Source of the DNA: a virus
Taxonomy: Duplodnaviria > Caudoviricetes
Length of the DNA: 50,827 nucleotides
Reading direction: 5' to 3' (one strand)
IMG/VR virus record: IMGVR_UViG_3300038429_000331
Location: 1-50,827 of that record
Of the stretch, positions 17,899 to 26,113 are shown piece after piece. The notes beneath the pieces are model-generated. The model had not been told where the DNA came from. It was given only the letters and a program-made list of their open reading frames with translations, and did not search any database. Numbering within the stretch: position 1 is the stretch's first letter; every line of letters begins with the position of its first letter. The position numbers were made by a program, and so were the translations under genes.

Positions 17899-18533
17899 AC
17901 CGCCTCCGCGAACCCGTGGGCGTGGAGCCAGTCGCGGGCGCGGTTCTCGCAGGGGTTGGCGACGTAATCGTGCCCGTCGTCGTAGCTCATCTTGAGCCAC
18001 TTCATCGCCCACCGTTCCGTGACCTCGTGGACGCAGACCACGAGGAAGGTCGCCGCCGAGAGGAGGTTATGCAAACAGACTTCGTCCTCGAGGCACCAGC
18101 CGGTAGCGCGGTACATCGGTTCTCTCGCAGCCCAGCCGTTCATCCCCATCGTGAAGTCGGGGCAGCCCAGGCCGCCGTCCTTCACCTGTTTGCGGACGAC
18201 GTCGCCATTGACGGTGAAGACTTTCACGACCTCGCCGCCGAAGGTAATATTGAATTGCCAGCGTTTCTCCAGCACCTGGTCGATGTCTGCGATCGCCTGG
18301 CGCACGACCTGCGCGTTCGCCTGTTCGGACTCGCGCGTGATCTGCCATGCGATCGCTGCGATGACGGGATCGAGCTTGCCGGCGAGACCGCTCCTCGACT
18401 CGTCCGCAAGCTCCTCGGCAGTATCCCTCATGATCGCATCGGGAGCGAGGGTTACCGCCTTCTGAGCGACGGCAATCCTGACTGCCAATTGCGCGATTGA
18501 AGAGCCGACGGCGTCGGCCGCCAGATTGCTCAT
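17895..18533 (-). CDS. Hypothetical protein with metal-binding HExxE...H motif
   Basis: Start ATG 18533 (MSNLAAD); contains VHEVTERWAMKWLKMSYDDGHDYVAN. Confidence 0.6.
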   Translation of the reverse strand: MSNLAADAVGSSIAQLAVRIAVAQKAVTLAPDAIMRDTAEELADESRSGLAGKLDPVIAAIAWQITRESEQANAQVVRQAIADIDQVLEKRWQFNITFGGEVVKVFTVNGDVVRKQVKDGGLGCPDFTMGMNGWAAREPMYRATGWCLEDEVCLHNLLSAATFLVVCVHEVTERWAMKWLKMSYDDGHDYVANPCENRARDWLHAHGFAEAV

Positions 18534-18724
18534 TTGCGCCTCCCTCCCCGAACCGACCGCTGCGTCGGCGGGCATGTGGACTTCACCGTGATCCTCGAGA
18601 GGATTGCGGCCCTCACCCACTCAGCTGATGCAAGCGCCACAACGATAGCCAGGTCGAATAGCTGGGAGTCGAATATCCACTGTGCACTGTTCCAGCAATA
18701 CCGCGGCTGCTTGTAAAACTTCAC
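18530..18724 (-). CDS. Hypothetical protein
   Basis: GTG 18724 overlaps the upstream stop (MKFYKQPRYC); coupled on both ends. Confidence 0.5.
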   Translation of the reverse strand: MKFYKQPRYCWNSAQWIFDSQLFDLAIVVALASAEWVRAAILSRITVKSTCPPTQRSVRGGRRK

Positions 18725-19290
18725 GCTTCCTCCGGCTTCACCATCACCCAGGACGAATCGGGGAACACCTGCGGAAGTCTCCCGTGGAAGAACTGGTCGA
18801 CCGCCTCCGCGACGTCCGTCCACGCGAAGTAGTTCGGCATGTGATCGTGGCCCCCGATGCAGCGGCCCGGCCGAACCTTCGGCCACCACAGGGAGAGGTC
18901 CCGCATGACGGAGATCATGTCGTGCATGGCGTCAACGTAGACGAAGTCGAGTGATAGATCGGGGACTTCTTTCGCCGCCTCCCGGGAGGTGCACTTGTGC
19001 TTCGTGACGTTCTTCAGCGGCCGCGTCCTCTGGTCGAAATCCTTCTCCACCCAGGCGGCGTCGTGCACTCCGAACATCGTGAGGTCGCTCCACGGGTCGA
19101 CGCAGTGGACTTCCGAGAAGCTCCGCGCGAACACTTCCGCGCTCTCCCCCGCATAACTCCCGATCTCGTACATCCGCCACCCTGGCCGCACGTCCAGCCA
19201 CGCGACCATCGCCTCCAGGCCCTTGAGGATCGCGGGGCCGAGCCTCTCGGGATCCCGCATCAGGTCGTAGCGCCTCGTCTCTGCGCTCAT
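18721..19290 (-). CDS. Class I SAM-dependent methyltransferase (Methyltransf_24-like)
   Basis: Start ATG 19290. Motifs YEIGSYAGES, VDPW, DFVYVDAMH and WWPKVRPG.IGGHD. Confidence 0.88.
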   Translation of the reverse strand: MSAETRRYDLMRDPERLGPAILKGLEAMVAWLDVRPGWRMYEIGSYAGESAEVFARSFSEVHCVDPWSDLTMFGVHDAAWVEKDFDQRTRPLKNVTKHKCTSREAAKEVPDLSLDFVYVDAMHDMISVMRDLSLWWPKVRPGRCIGGHDHMPNYFAWTDVAEAVDQFFHGRLPQVFPDSSWVMVKPEEA

Positions 19291-20081
19291 GATGGCAACC
19301 ACGCGAGCTGCAGCATGCTCTTCGGGACGTTCCACCCCGGGTAGTATTTCTCCTCCTCCGCGCGCTCCGCGTCGGTCATGCCCTCCAGCGGGACGTGCTT
19401 GCGGAACTCCCGCGAGCCCATCACCGTCTTGAACATTGCCTCCCACTTTCCGCGCGAGGTCTCGTGGTCGTACTGGTGGAAATAGTACTTGCTGCCGATC
19501 ATCTCCAGGTTGTACTTCTGCATCATCCCCATGACCCCGACTGCTTTCAGGCCGTAGCGGGCGATGTTGCGCGATAGCGTGTAGTCGTCGATCAGGTGGT
19601 CGGGCCTCATCTTGAGGTTAAACTCGTTGGCGATCGGGTGGATGCGCTTCACCGCCTCCTCGAGCGTGATGTCCAGCGGGTGCCAGAGGTCGAGGCACGA
19701 GCCGGGCGCGATCGCGAACCAGTTCGGCGATCCGATCATTCGGCCGTCGCGGAGGAAGTATTCGTCCATCGACCAGCGGATCGGCGCGAGGTCAAACCCG
19801 TAATGGCAGATATGGTACGGCGGGATGAACGCCGTCCAGTCGGGCGTGTCGGGGTGCACCAGGGCGTCGGCGTCCAGGTACTCGACCCAGTCGTAGCCCC
19901 GGCCGAGCTCGTAGATCTGGAGCTTCTCGTAGACGACCGGCCAGTCGGGGTACTTGCGCTCGGTGATTTCGCAGAACTCCGCGCCGATCTTCCAGGCGTA
20001 GTACCGCAAGAACGGGTAGCTGACCTTGCAGAGGTCTGGCTCGTAGTTGTCGATATTCAGCGTGAACAGCACTTTCCTCAC
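19287..20081 (-). CDS. GT-A fold glycosyltransferase (nucleotide-diphospho-sugar transferase)
   Basis: YAWKIGAEF, YEKLQIYEL and YDWVEYLDADALV (DxD motif). Confidence 0.8.
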   Translation of the reverse strand: MRKVLFTLNIDNYEPDLCKVSYPFLRYYAWKIGAEFCEITERKYPDWPVVYEKLQIYELGRGYDWVEYLDADALVHPDTPDWTAFIPPYHICHYGFDLAPIRWSMDEYFLRDGRMIGSPNWFAIAPGSCLDLWHPLDITLEEAVKRIHPIANEFNLKMRPDHLIDDYTLSRNIARYGLKAVGVMGMMQKYNLEMIGSKYYFHQYDHETSRGKWEAMFKTVMGSREFRKHVPLEGMTDAERAEEEKYYPGWNVPKSMLQLAWLPS

Positions 20082-20320
20082 AAAACATATCCTCCCCCGT
20101 CTGCCGGCCGCGCGACGCTGAGCTCCGCTCCCGCCGTCAGGATGATCACCCGGTTGTGGGGGAACATCTGCTGGAGCATGCCGCTCACCTGCTCGAGCTG
20201 CTTGTCCCTCACCGACGGCGGTTCGGCCGCGAGCTTCAGGATCACCACGTCGCCGGGTTTGACCTCCGCGACCTGGATCTTCTCGATGTCGATCTCCTTC
20301 GTACCGTCGACGAGCCTCAC
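20078..20320 (-). CDS. Hypothetical protein
   Basis: 80-aa ORF coupled to neighbours by GTGA overlaps. Confidence 0.65.
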   Translation of the reverse strand: MRLVDGTKEIDIEKIQVAEVKPGDVVILKLAAEPPSVRDKQLEQVSGMLQQMFPHNRVIILTAGAELSVARPADGGGYVL

Positions 20321-20697
20321 CCGCGAACCCTCGCGCCCGGAGGCGGGATGATGAGCCCCGATCTGCTCGGCGGCTCCGGCATCGGGGGATTCTCCATCAT
20401 CTCCTTCGGCATCCAGTCAATCCGCGTGTTGATCATCGGGACCATCGGCTGGCCGTTCACGCGGATTGATGTGGTCGTCTCGACGACGACTGGGACGCAG
20501 TTGAACTTCAGGCAGACCCTCGTGACCTCGGAGTCACACTTCTCGCGGCGCACCTGCTGGTCGGGCGCCATGAGGACCGGCGGCCCTTCCTTCGCGCCTT
20601 CGGTCATCTTCTTGAACTGCTCCTCCCAACTTTCGGGAGCCTTCTCCTCGGGCGACCCGTCACTGCCGGGCGGGACCTCCGTCTTCTCTTCTGACAT
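20317..20697 (-). CDS. Hypothetical protein
   Basis: 126 aa; AAGGAG RBS. Confidence 0.65.
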   Translation of the reverse strand: MSEEKTEVPPGSDGSPEEKAPESWEEQFKKMTEGAKEGPPVLMAPDQQVRREKCDSEVTRVCLKFNCVPVVVETTTSIRVNGQPMVPMINTRIDWMPKEMMENPPMPEPPSRSGLIIPPPGARVRG

Positions 20698-20713
20698 GAC
20701 TCTTCTCTCCTTT

Positions 20714-20887
20714 TCAGTTCTCGGACAAACGAACTTCTGGAAACTCCAGAAAGACCGTCACCACGTCATCCTCGGACCGGACCTCTATGAGCCGGATATT
20801 CGCGTTCAGCACGATGTAGCGCATCGTGTCGTCGAGCCACGCGCAGCGCGTCTCCAGCGTCCCTCCCTTGACCTTCACCGCCGTCAC
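20714..20887 (-). CDS. Hypothetical protein
   Basis: GTG 20887 overlaps the methyltransferase stop (MTAVKVKGG). Confidence 0.55.
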   Translation of the reverse strand: MTAVKVKGGTLETRCAWLDDTMRYIVLNANIRLIEVRSEDDVVTVFLEFPEVRLSEN

Positions 20888-21432
20888 GCGTAGCGCTCTT
20901 TTTTCTTCCAGCCGATCTTCCAGGACGTGTCGGGGTACAAGATGATCTGACCCCGCGGGAAGAACATCCGCACGGCCCGCGCGACCCCCGTCCACTCGAA
21001 GTCGTCGGGGAGGAAGTCATGCCCTCCGATCTCTCCCCCCACCCGCACCTTCGGCCACCAGGCGGCGAGATCGCTCATGACGGCGGACATCGTGTGATCC
21101 GCATCGATGTAGACGAAGTCCAGAGATCGGTCCGGCACCGACTGGGCGACGAACACCGAGCGGCCCTTGTGCTTGATGATGTTCAAGAGCGGCGAGGCCC
21201 TGCGGTCGAACTCCGCTTCCACCTCGTCGTCTCCGGGGACATGATGCGTGGAGCCTTCCCACGGATCGACGCAGTGAACCTCGTCGAAGTGGGCGGCGAA
21301 CATCTCGGCGCTTTCTCCGGCGTAGCTCCCGATCTCGTACATAACACCGCCTGGCAGGGAGGCAATCATCTCCATCAGCCCCGAGCGGATCTCCGGCCCC
21401 CGCACGGCCGGATCCCTCATCAGGTCGATCAC
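20884..21432 (-). CDS. Class I SAM-dependent methyltransferase (Methyltransf_24-like), paralogue of 18721-19290
   Basis: Start GTG 21432 (MIDLMRDP). Motifs YEIGSYAGES, VDPW, DFVYIDADH and WWPKVR.GG.IGGHD. Confidence 0.88.
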   Translation of the reverse strand: MIDLMRDPAVRGPEIRSGLMEMIASLPGGVMYEIGSYAGESAEMFAAHFDEVHCVDPWEGSTHHVPGDDEVEAEFDRRASPLLNIIKHKGRSVFVAQSVPDRSLDFVYIDADHTMSAVMSDLAAWWPKVRVGGEIGGHDFLPDDFEWTGVARAVRMFFPRGQIILYPDTSWKIGWKKKERYA

Positions 21433-21440
21433 CGCCGGCC

Positions 21441-21629
21441 TCAGCTCCAGAATATCGTGACGACGAGGAACGGCTCGCCTGATTGGGGATTCTGTCCCGA
21501 GCAGCTGCCCTGCGAACTCACCGTTGGCGCGCCGCCCGACTTGCCGGTCGCAAGAAAAGTGTTCACGCTCGCCTGGAGCGCCTCGAAGCCCATTGCCCAA
21601 TCAGTCCCGACAAACACTGTGCAGTTCAT
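21441..21629 (-). CDS. Hypothetical protein
   Basis: 62 aa; GGGGAG RBS. Confidence 0.55.
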   Translation of the reverse strand: MNCTVFVGTDWAMGFEALQASVNTFLATGKSGGAPTVSSQGSCSGQNPQSGEPFLVVTIFWS

Positions 21630-21639
21630 AACTCCCCCT

Positions 21640-22533
21640 TCACGCCACCAGGCGTGTTTTTTGCTCGGCGGTGAGCTCGTACCTCGGCACGAACCCGCAC
21701 CGGCAGTTGTAGTCTTTCCACCGCGGGTCCGCTTCCAGTCCCGCGCGCGTGTAGATCATCCTCCCCCATCCCTCGGGTGCATTGCGGTGTGACGGCCGCA
21801 CCTTGATGTCGTTCGAGTTAAACACCTCGACGTAGGGCGCTTCGGCCGCCTCGAAGCTCGCCAACGTCATCGACCTCTCGAATCTGGAGAACTGGTCGCG
21901 GGCGAAGAACCGGGCGCGCCGCGCGCTCGTCTCCTTCATCTCGTCGACCAGGTCCTTGACCTCCAGCTTCTCCGCGCGCCCCTCCGCCCAGTCGATGAGG
22001 CGCAGCAGGAAGCTCGCCTTGAGGTCGTCCTGCTCCCCGAGCACGCGCTCCACCGCTCCGTCGAGATACAGGCGCCGCAGGCCGTCGAGCTTGTCCGCGA
22101 ACACCGCGTCCTTGTCGAGCGACAGCTGCAGGAGGATCCCCCGGATCCGGGGAGCGCCGCTCTCGAGAAGACGTGCCAGCCACGCGCGCTGCGCGGCTAC
22201 CAGTTGAGTATTGAGGCGGACCCGTAGCGCTTTGGCGTCCGGACCTCGAGCTCCGACGAGCTCCGCGAGCTCGCGGACCAAGTCCTCGGACGCCCGGTCC
22301 TGGACGATCGTGCCCTCCCCCGCGTAGCGGTAGCCGTACTTCTTTCCGATCTCCACCGCAGCTTTCACTAGGCCTTCGAAAAGCTCCTCGTGCGCGATCT
22401 CGATCGATCTGGCCAGTTTATTTTCGAGCGGCAGAGGGATGCGCACGTAGTATTTGAACGTGGAGGCCTTCCGTTCCTTCTCCGCGGCGTCCATGAGCTT
22501 CACTGCTTCGCGAACTATCGAGATCGTTGTCAC
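21640..22533 (-). CDS. Minor head protein (Mu gpF / SPP1 gp7 family)
   Basis: Motifs RARFFARDQ, DIKVRPSH and YNCRCGFVP; start GTG 22533. Confidence 0.88.
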   Translation of the reverse strand: MTTISIVREAVKLMDAAEKERKASTFKYYVRIPLPLENKLARSIEIAHEELFEGLVKAAVEIGKKYGYRYAGEGTIVQDRASEDLVRELAELVGARGPDAKALRVRLNTQLVAAQRAWLARLLESGAPRIRGILLQLSLDKDAVFADKLDGLRRLYLDGAVERVLGEQDDLKASFLLRLIDWAEGRAEKLEVKDLVDEMKETSARRARFFARDQFSRFERSMTLASFEAAEAPYVEVFNSNDIKVRPSHRNAPEGWGRMIYTRAGLEADPRWKDYNCRCGFVPRYELTAEQKTRLVA

Positions 22534-22628
22534 TTCCTGTGTGCCGTCGTCCAATCGCTTTCGATCCAGAAGACCATCGCGGCGATCAAGCCCAGACAGG
22601 CGAGGGCCAGTACTGCCAGCAAGATCAC
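22530..22628 (-). CDS. Small membrane protein (32 aa, not in ORF track)
   Basis: MILLAVLALACLGLIAAMVFWIESDWTTAHRK; start and stop overlap both neighbours. Confidence 0.55.
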   Translation of the reverse strand: MILLAVLALACLGLIAAMVFWIESDWTTAHRK

Positions 22629-22777
22629 GGCGTCTCTTCTTTGCGGTCCTTCTTCCTTCCGCGCGGTGGCCTTCTCCCGAGGAGAAAGCCGGCGATGAAT
22701 ACCGCGATCGCCATCGTGATCAGGACCAGGCCGATCGTCAGCATTTCGCCGAAATCCATTGCCATCGGTCCACCCAT
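22625..22777 (-). CDS. Small membrane protein
   Basis: One TM helix LTIGLVLITMAIAVFIAGFLL plus a basic tail; GGAGG upstream. Confidence 0.55.
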   Translation of the reverse strand: MGGPMAMDFGEMLTIGLVLITMAIAVFIAGFLLGRRPPRGRKKDRKEETP

Positions 22778-22791
22778 TCTCCTACCCCTCC

Positions 22792-23442
22792 CTACTGAAT
22801 CGTGTAGACCTTCGGTCCGATGTGGCCGAGCTTGATGGCCGTGTCCACGAAGATCTTCCCGCCGAGAGCGCGCCACGCCTGGCAGAAGAAGACATCCTCG
22901 GAGATCATCTGGCCGTCGAACTTGTATGCGAAGACCCCGCGCAGATGCGTGCCCTCATCTGTGTATGGATGCGCCCGGGCCCAGAGCATCGTCAGCGCTT
23001 CCTTCGATGCGCGCAGAAATCCAGTTCCGCACCAGTCCACCTTCAGCAGTCCGGTCTCGTTCGGCTTCTCACCATTTCGCTGGCCATAGACCCCTACCGT
23101 CTGCTCCACGCGCTTTCGGTAAAGGCCGCCCACCACGGCGCCTGCGCCGTTCTTTTCTGGAGGACCTCCTGCGTTCTGAAGGTCGTAGGCGAGCAACCTC
23201 GCGAGATGACCAGGAGCCCACGCCATGTCGCTGTCAATGAACACCAGGTCCGTCACATCTTTGATGTCTTCGATGCATAACTTCACCAGGCGATTGCGCG
23301 CGTTGGCCAAGTCCCCGGTCAGGAACACGGGAATGAGCTCGATGTCGTGGAGCTCCTTGATCGAACGGATGAGGCAGTCGACGTACCGGAAATCCAGGAA
23401 TTCCCCGCCATGAATCGGTGTCCCGATGATGACCTTCTTCAC
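22792..23442 (-). CDS. GT-A fold glycosyltransferase-like protein
   Basis: IIGTPIHGG, ARNRLV, LVFIDSDMAW, GTGFLR, SEDVFFC.AWR..GGKIFVD...LGHIG. Confidence 0.82.
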   Translation of the reverse strand: MKKVIIGTPIHGGEFLDFRYVDCLIRSIKELHDIELIPVFLTGDLANARNRLVKLCIEDIKDVTDLVFIDSDMAWAPGHLARLLAYDLQNAGGPPEKNGAGAVVGGLYRKRVEQTVGVYGQRNGEKPNETGLLKVDWCGTGFLRASKEALTMLWARAHPYTDEGTHLRGVFAYKFDGQMISEDVFFCQAWRALGGKIFVDTAIKLGHIGPKVYTIQ

Positions 23443-23690
23443 CTACCCCTCCTCAGCAGCCTCTCCACTGCTGGATTGATCTGGCCTCCATCGGGCCAGC
23501 TTCCGCTGTAATCGATCGGGTCCAGGATCGTGTGCCGTGGCTGCGCCTGCTTACGGATCCTGCCGAGCGCGTCCATGAGGCGCTTCTTCGCCTTCACGCG
23601 GCGCAGGGCCGCGGCCTTCCGGCGGTTCGTCCCGCTCGAGACATAGACCATCTCGGAGACGTCTCCCACCTTGACCGTTCTCAATATCAT
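23439..23690 (-). CDS. Hypothetical basic protein
   Basis: ATG 23690 (MILRTVKV) with GGAGG RBS; overlaps the upstream stop. Confidence 0.6.
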   Translation of the reverse strand: MILRTVKVGDVSEMVYVSSGTNRRKAAALRRVKAKKRLMDALGRIRKQAQPRHTILDPIDYSGSWPDGGQINPAVERLLRRGR

Positions 23691-23929
23691 CCGATCCTCC
23701 TGACGGTGTACTTGAAGTTGAGTTTGCCTTGCCGCTGCAGGTGCCGGTATGCCCTCGGCGAGAAGTACGCGATCGTCGGGGGCTCCGAGAAGATAGGGCT
23801 CGTCTTGCGTAGCCACTCCCCGAAGTTGAAACGCTTCGCCTCGAGCTCCATCTGGCGCTGGGCGCGATAGTTCACGGAGACCCACCACATCACGATCCGC
23901 CAGTAGCGCCAGCCATGCCACTTCGTCAC
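23687..23929 (-). CDS. Hypothetical protein
   Basis: GTG 23929 (MTKWHGWRYW) with GGAGG RBS; overlaps the portal stop. Confidence 0.55.
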   Translation of the reverse strand: MTKWHGWRYWRIVMWWVSVNYRAQRQMELEAKRFNFGEWLRKTSPIFSEPPTIAYFSPRAYRHLQRQGKLNFKYTVRRIG

Positions 23930-25704
23930 GCGGCCTCCTGGAGCATGATCTGCTGGATGCGCAACGCCGCCTCGGGGTACATCCGCATGAGCTCGCGCAT
24001 ACCGCCGCCGGGCGTCTGGAGCGCCTCGGGCGAGTACACGGCCGCGACCGAATTGATCTGCGTCATGACGTCGGCCGGGATCTCCACGTTCGGGAAGAAG
24101 AGCTTCGTCAGCGGCACCGCGGCGCCCAGGGGCACGCCCGCCTGGACCGCCGTCTGGAGGCACGTCATGAACTTCGTCCCGCTGTCGGCCAGCTCCTTCG
24201 GCGTCTGCATGATCGGGACCTCGAACAGGACATTGAGCGTATGCAGCTTCTTCAGGATGGGAACGCCCGCAGCGTCGACGTAGTCCGGGCCGAACACCGA
24301 GAGGGCGAGCATCCGCACCATCGGCGCAAGCTGCGGCTTTACCTGTATCGAGACGAGTTTCACCGCCTCGCTCTGCTTCAGGAGCACGTCCTCCTTGTTG
24401 TCGCTGAATCCCGTCGGCTGCGTGTGGAAGATCACGCTCTCGGGGATGCTGCACGACCCCGCGACGTGCTGACGCGAGACGATCACGAGGTCGTTGAACC
24501 CCTCGTAGTGCCGCTCGATGACCTTGAGCTCGCCGAACATGCTCATCGCCCGCGGCTGCGCCATGCTCCAGGAGTCGAGCGCCGCCTGCGTGTTCGACAT
24601 GAACTGTTGCGCCTGGTTGATGCCGTCCTGCGCGACGATCGAGTCCATCGGGATCGAATGCATCAGCAGGCTCATCTGCTGCGCCATGATCGGTATCGAG
24701 GCGATGATGATCTCGTAGGCCTTCAGCGGTTTGATCCAGCCCTCGAAGTCTGGCGTCGTCCAGCCGATCTGCCGGATCGCGTCCCAGTACGGGAGCATCT
24801 TCGGGCGAACCACCGCGCCGCGCGCCGTCGCGACGCGCACCCCGCCGATCGGCACGTAGATCGACCGCGGGTAAAGGTAGTCGCGTGCGGTGACGTCGTA
24901 GTTCGGCACGAGGACACAGTTCCAGCGGTCGGCGTTCGCGAAGTGGTCGATGCAGTCCTTGTCGATGAGGCGCCGCCCCTGGTCGTCCCGGTACGCGAGC
25001 ATTTCTGGGAGGTCCATGCCCGTCGTATAGGCGTTGTCGAGCTTGAGCGCGGGGTACGCGAACGCGCCTCCGAAGACGAGGCCGTCGCGCAGCACATTCG
25101 TGTACGCCTCGCCCACGTTCAGGAGCTCTCCGCCCTCCTTGAGCGCCTTGATCTCGTCAGGCGTCCAGCCGCTCCCCTCGTAGGTGTACCCGTTCAAGAG
25201 GACGCCCTTCGCCTTCTTGTCGATGATGACCTGAGGGATGCCGCCGCTGGAGTAGAACGCGCTCGCCTGGTTCGGGTCCATGATGACGGGCGAGTTCATG
25301 TAGTTGTACTGCCCGGGGTCGACCGACGTGCCCATGCCGGTGATTGGGTTGAAGATCGAATCTTTGACGAAAGAGTCCTTCACGATCTTGCGGAACGTCG
25401 TGATGAGATGCGCGGCATTCGCGACGCTGTCGCGGACGAGCTTCGCCGGGTCGAGCATCATGCCCCGGTGGAGCTCCTTCGGCGTGATCCAGTCGATGCC
25501 GTCGCGGATGTGGTTGTACTGGACGTGCTCCCAGAGCTGGTCCCGGATCTGAACGAGGTCGTCGGCCTTGTGGTCGATCGGGTCCTTGTCCGAGTCGGCG
25601 ACGTACTGCCTATTGCCCGCCCTCCCTGCGATCACCGTGAAGACGTCCTTCACCCACCCCGTCCCCTTCTCCGCCAGCTCCTGGAAACCGCCGAATCTTC
25701 CCAT
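23926..25704 (-). CDS. Portal protein (DUF1073-type)
   Basis: Start ATG 25704 (MGRFGGF) after GGGAGG. Contains YSSGGIPQVIIDKK, GLVFGGA and IPESVIFHTQPTGFS; follows TerL. Confidence 0.88.
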   Translation of the reverse strand: MGRFGGFQELAEKGTGWVKDVFTVIAGRAGNRQYVADSDKDPIDHKADDLVQIRDQLWEHVQYNHIRDGIDWITPKELHRGMMLDPAKLVRDSVANAAHLITTFRKIVKDSFVKDSIFNPITGMGTSVDPGQYNYMNSPVIMDPNQASAFYSSGGIPQVIIDKKAKGVLLNGYTYEGSGWTPDEIKALKEGGELLNVGEAYTNVLRDGLVFGGAFAYPALKLDNAYTTGMDLPEMLAYRDDQGRRLIDKDCIDHFANADRWNCVLVPNYDVTARDYLYPRSIYVPIGGVRVATARGAVVRPKMLPYWDAIRQIGWTTPDFEGWIKPLKAYEIIIASIPIMAQQMSLLMHSIPMDSIVAQDGINQAQQFMSNTQAALDSWSMAQPRAMSMFGELKVIERHYEGFNDLVIVSRQHVAGSCSIPESVIFHTQPTGFSDNKEDVLLKQSEAVKLVSIQVKPQLAPMVRMLALSVFGPDYVDAAGVPILKKLHTLNVLFEVPIMQTPKELADSGTKFMTCLQTAVQAGVPLGAAVPLTKLFFPNVEIPADVMTQINSVAAVYSPEALQTPGGGMRELMRMYPEAALRIQQIMLQEAA

Positions 25705-26113
25705 TCTTCCCTCCCGCCTTCTGCATCGCCCGCACCGCCGCGAGCACCGCCGCCTGATCCTGAACGGGCGCCGCCGGCCCGAGCACCTTCTCCACGTCCG
25801 CCTGCGCGCGGTTCTCCTGCGCGATGTATTCTGCGGTGAGCCCGTGGTGCGTAATGACGTCCTCTGCAGCACGGAGCTTCACCAGCATATTCGCGAGGAA
25901 GTTCACCGTGCCCGTCGCGTGGAGCTCCACCTGGGCCCGCGTGAGCCCCGGCGGGCAGTACTTGTGGCCGCCTACCGCCATGTGGCAGCGCAGCCCATAC
26001 TGGAGTGCGTTCCAGTCGTCCATGATCTTCTGCGCCGACGATGGCGGCGTGGCCGTCTCGACGCTCAGTGAAATGCGCAGAGTCGATGCGAGGAACTTCT
26101 TCCACCAGGTCAT
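25610..26113 (-). CDS. Hypothetical protein between TerL and portal
   Basis: ATG 26113 (MTWWKKFL) overlaps the TerL stop; AAGGAG RBS. Confidence 0.6.
   Translation of the reverse strand: MTWWKKFLASTLRISLSVETATPPSSAQKIMDDWNALQYGLRCHMAVGGHKYCPPGLTRAQVELHATGTVNFLANMLVKLRAAEDVITHHGLTAEYIAQENRAQADVEKVLGPAAPVQDQAAVLAAVRAMQKAGGKNGKIRRFPGAGGEGDGVGEGRLHGDRREGGQ

Noticed and set aside
18721-21432. Diversity-generating retroelement (TR/VR pair) from the duplicated methyltransferases or baseplate repeats
   Set aside because: No reverse transcriptase in the genome, and the differences are general divergence rather than adenine-specific.
23926-25704. Anti-CBASS Acb1 label sometimes attached to DUF1073 proteins
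   Set aside because: Size and position between TerL and MuF indicate a portal protein.
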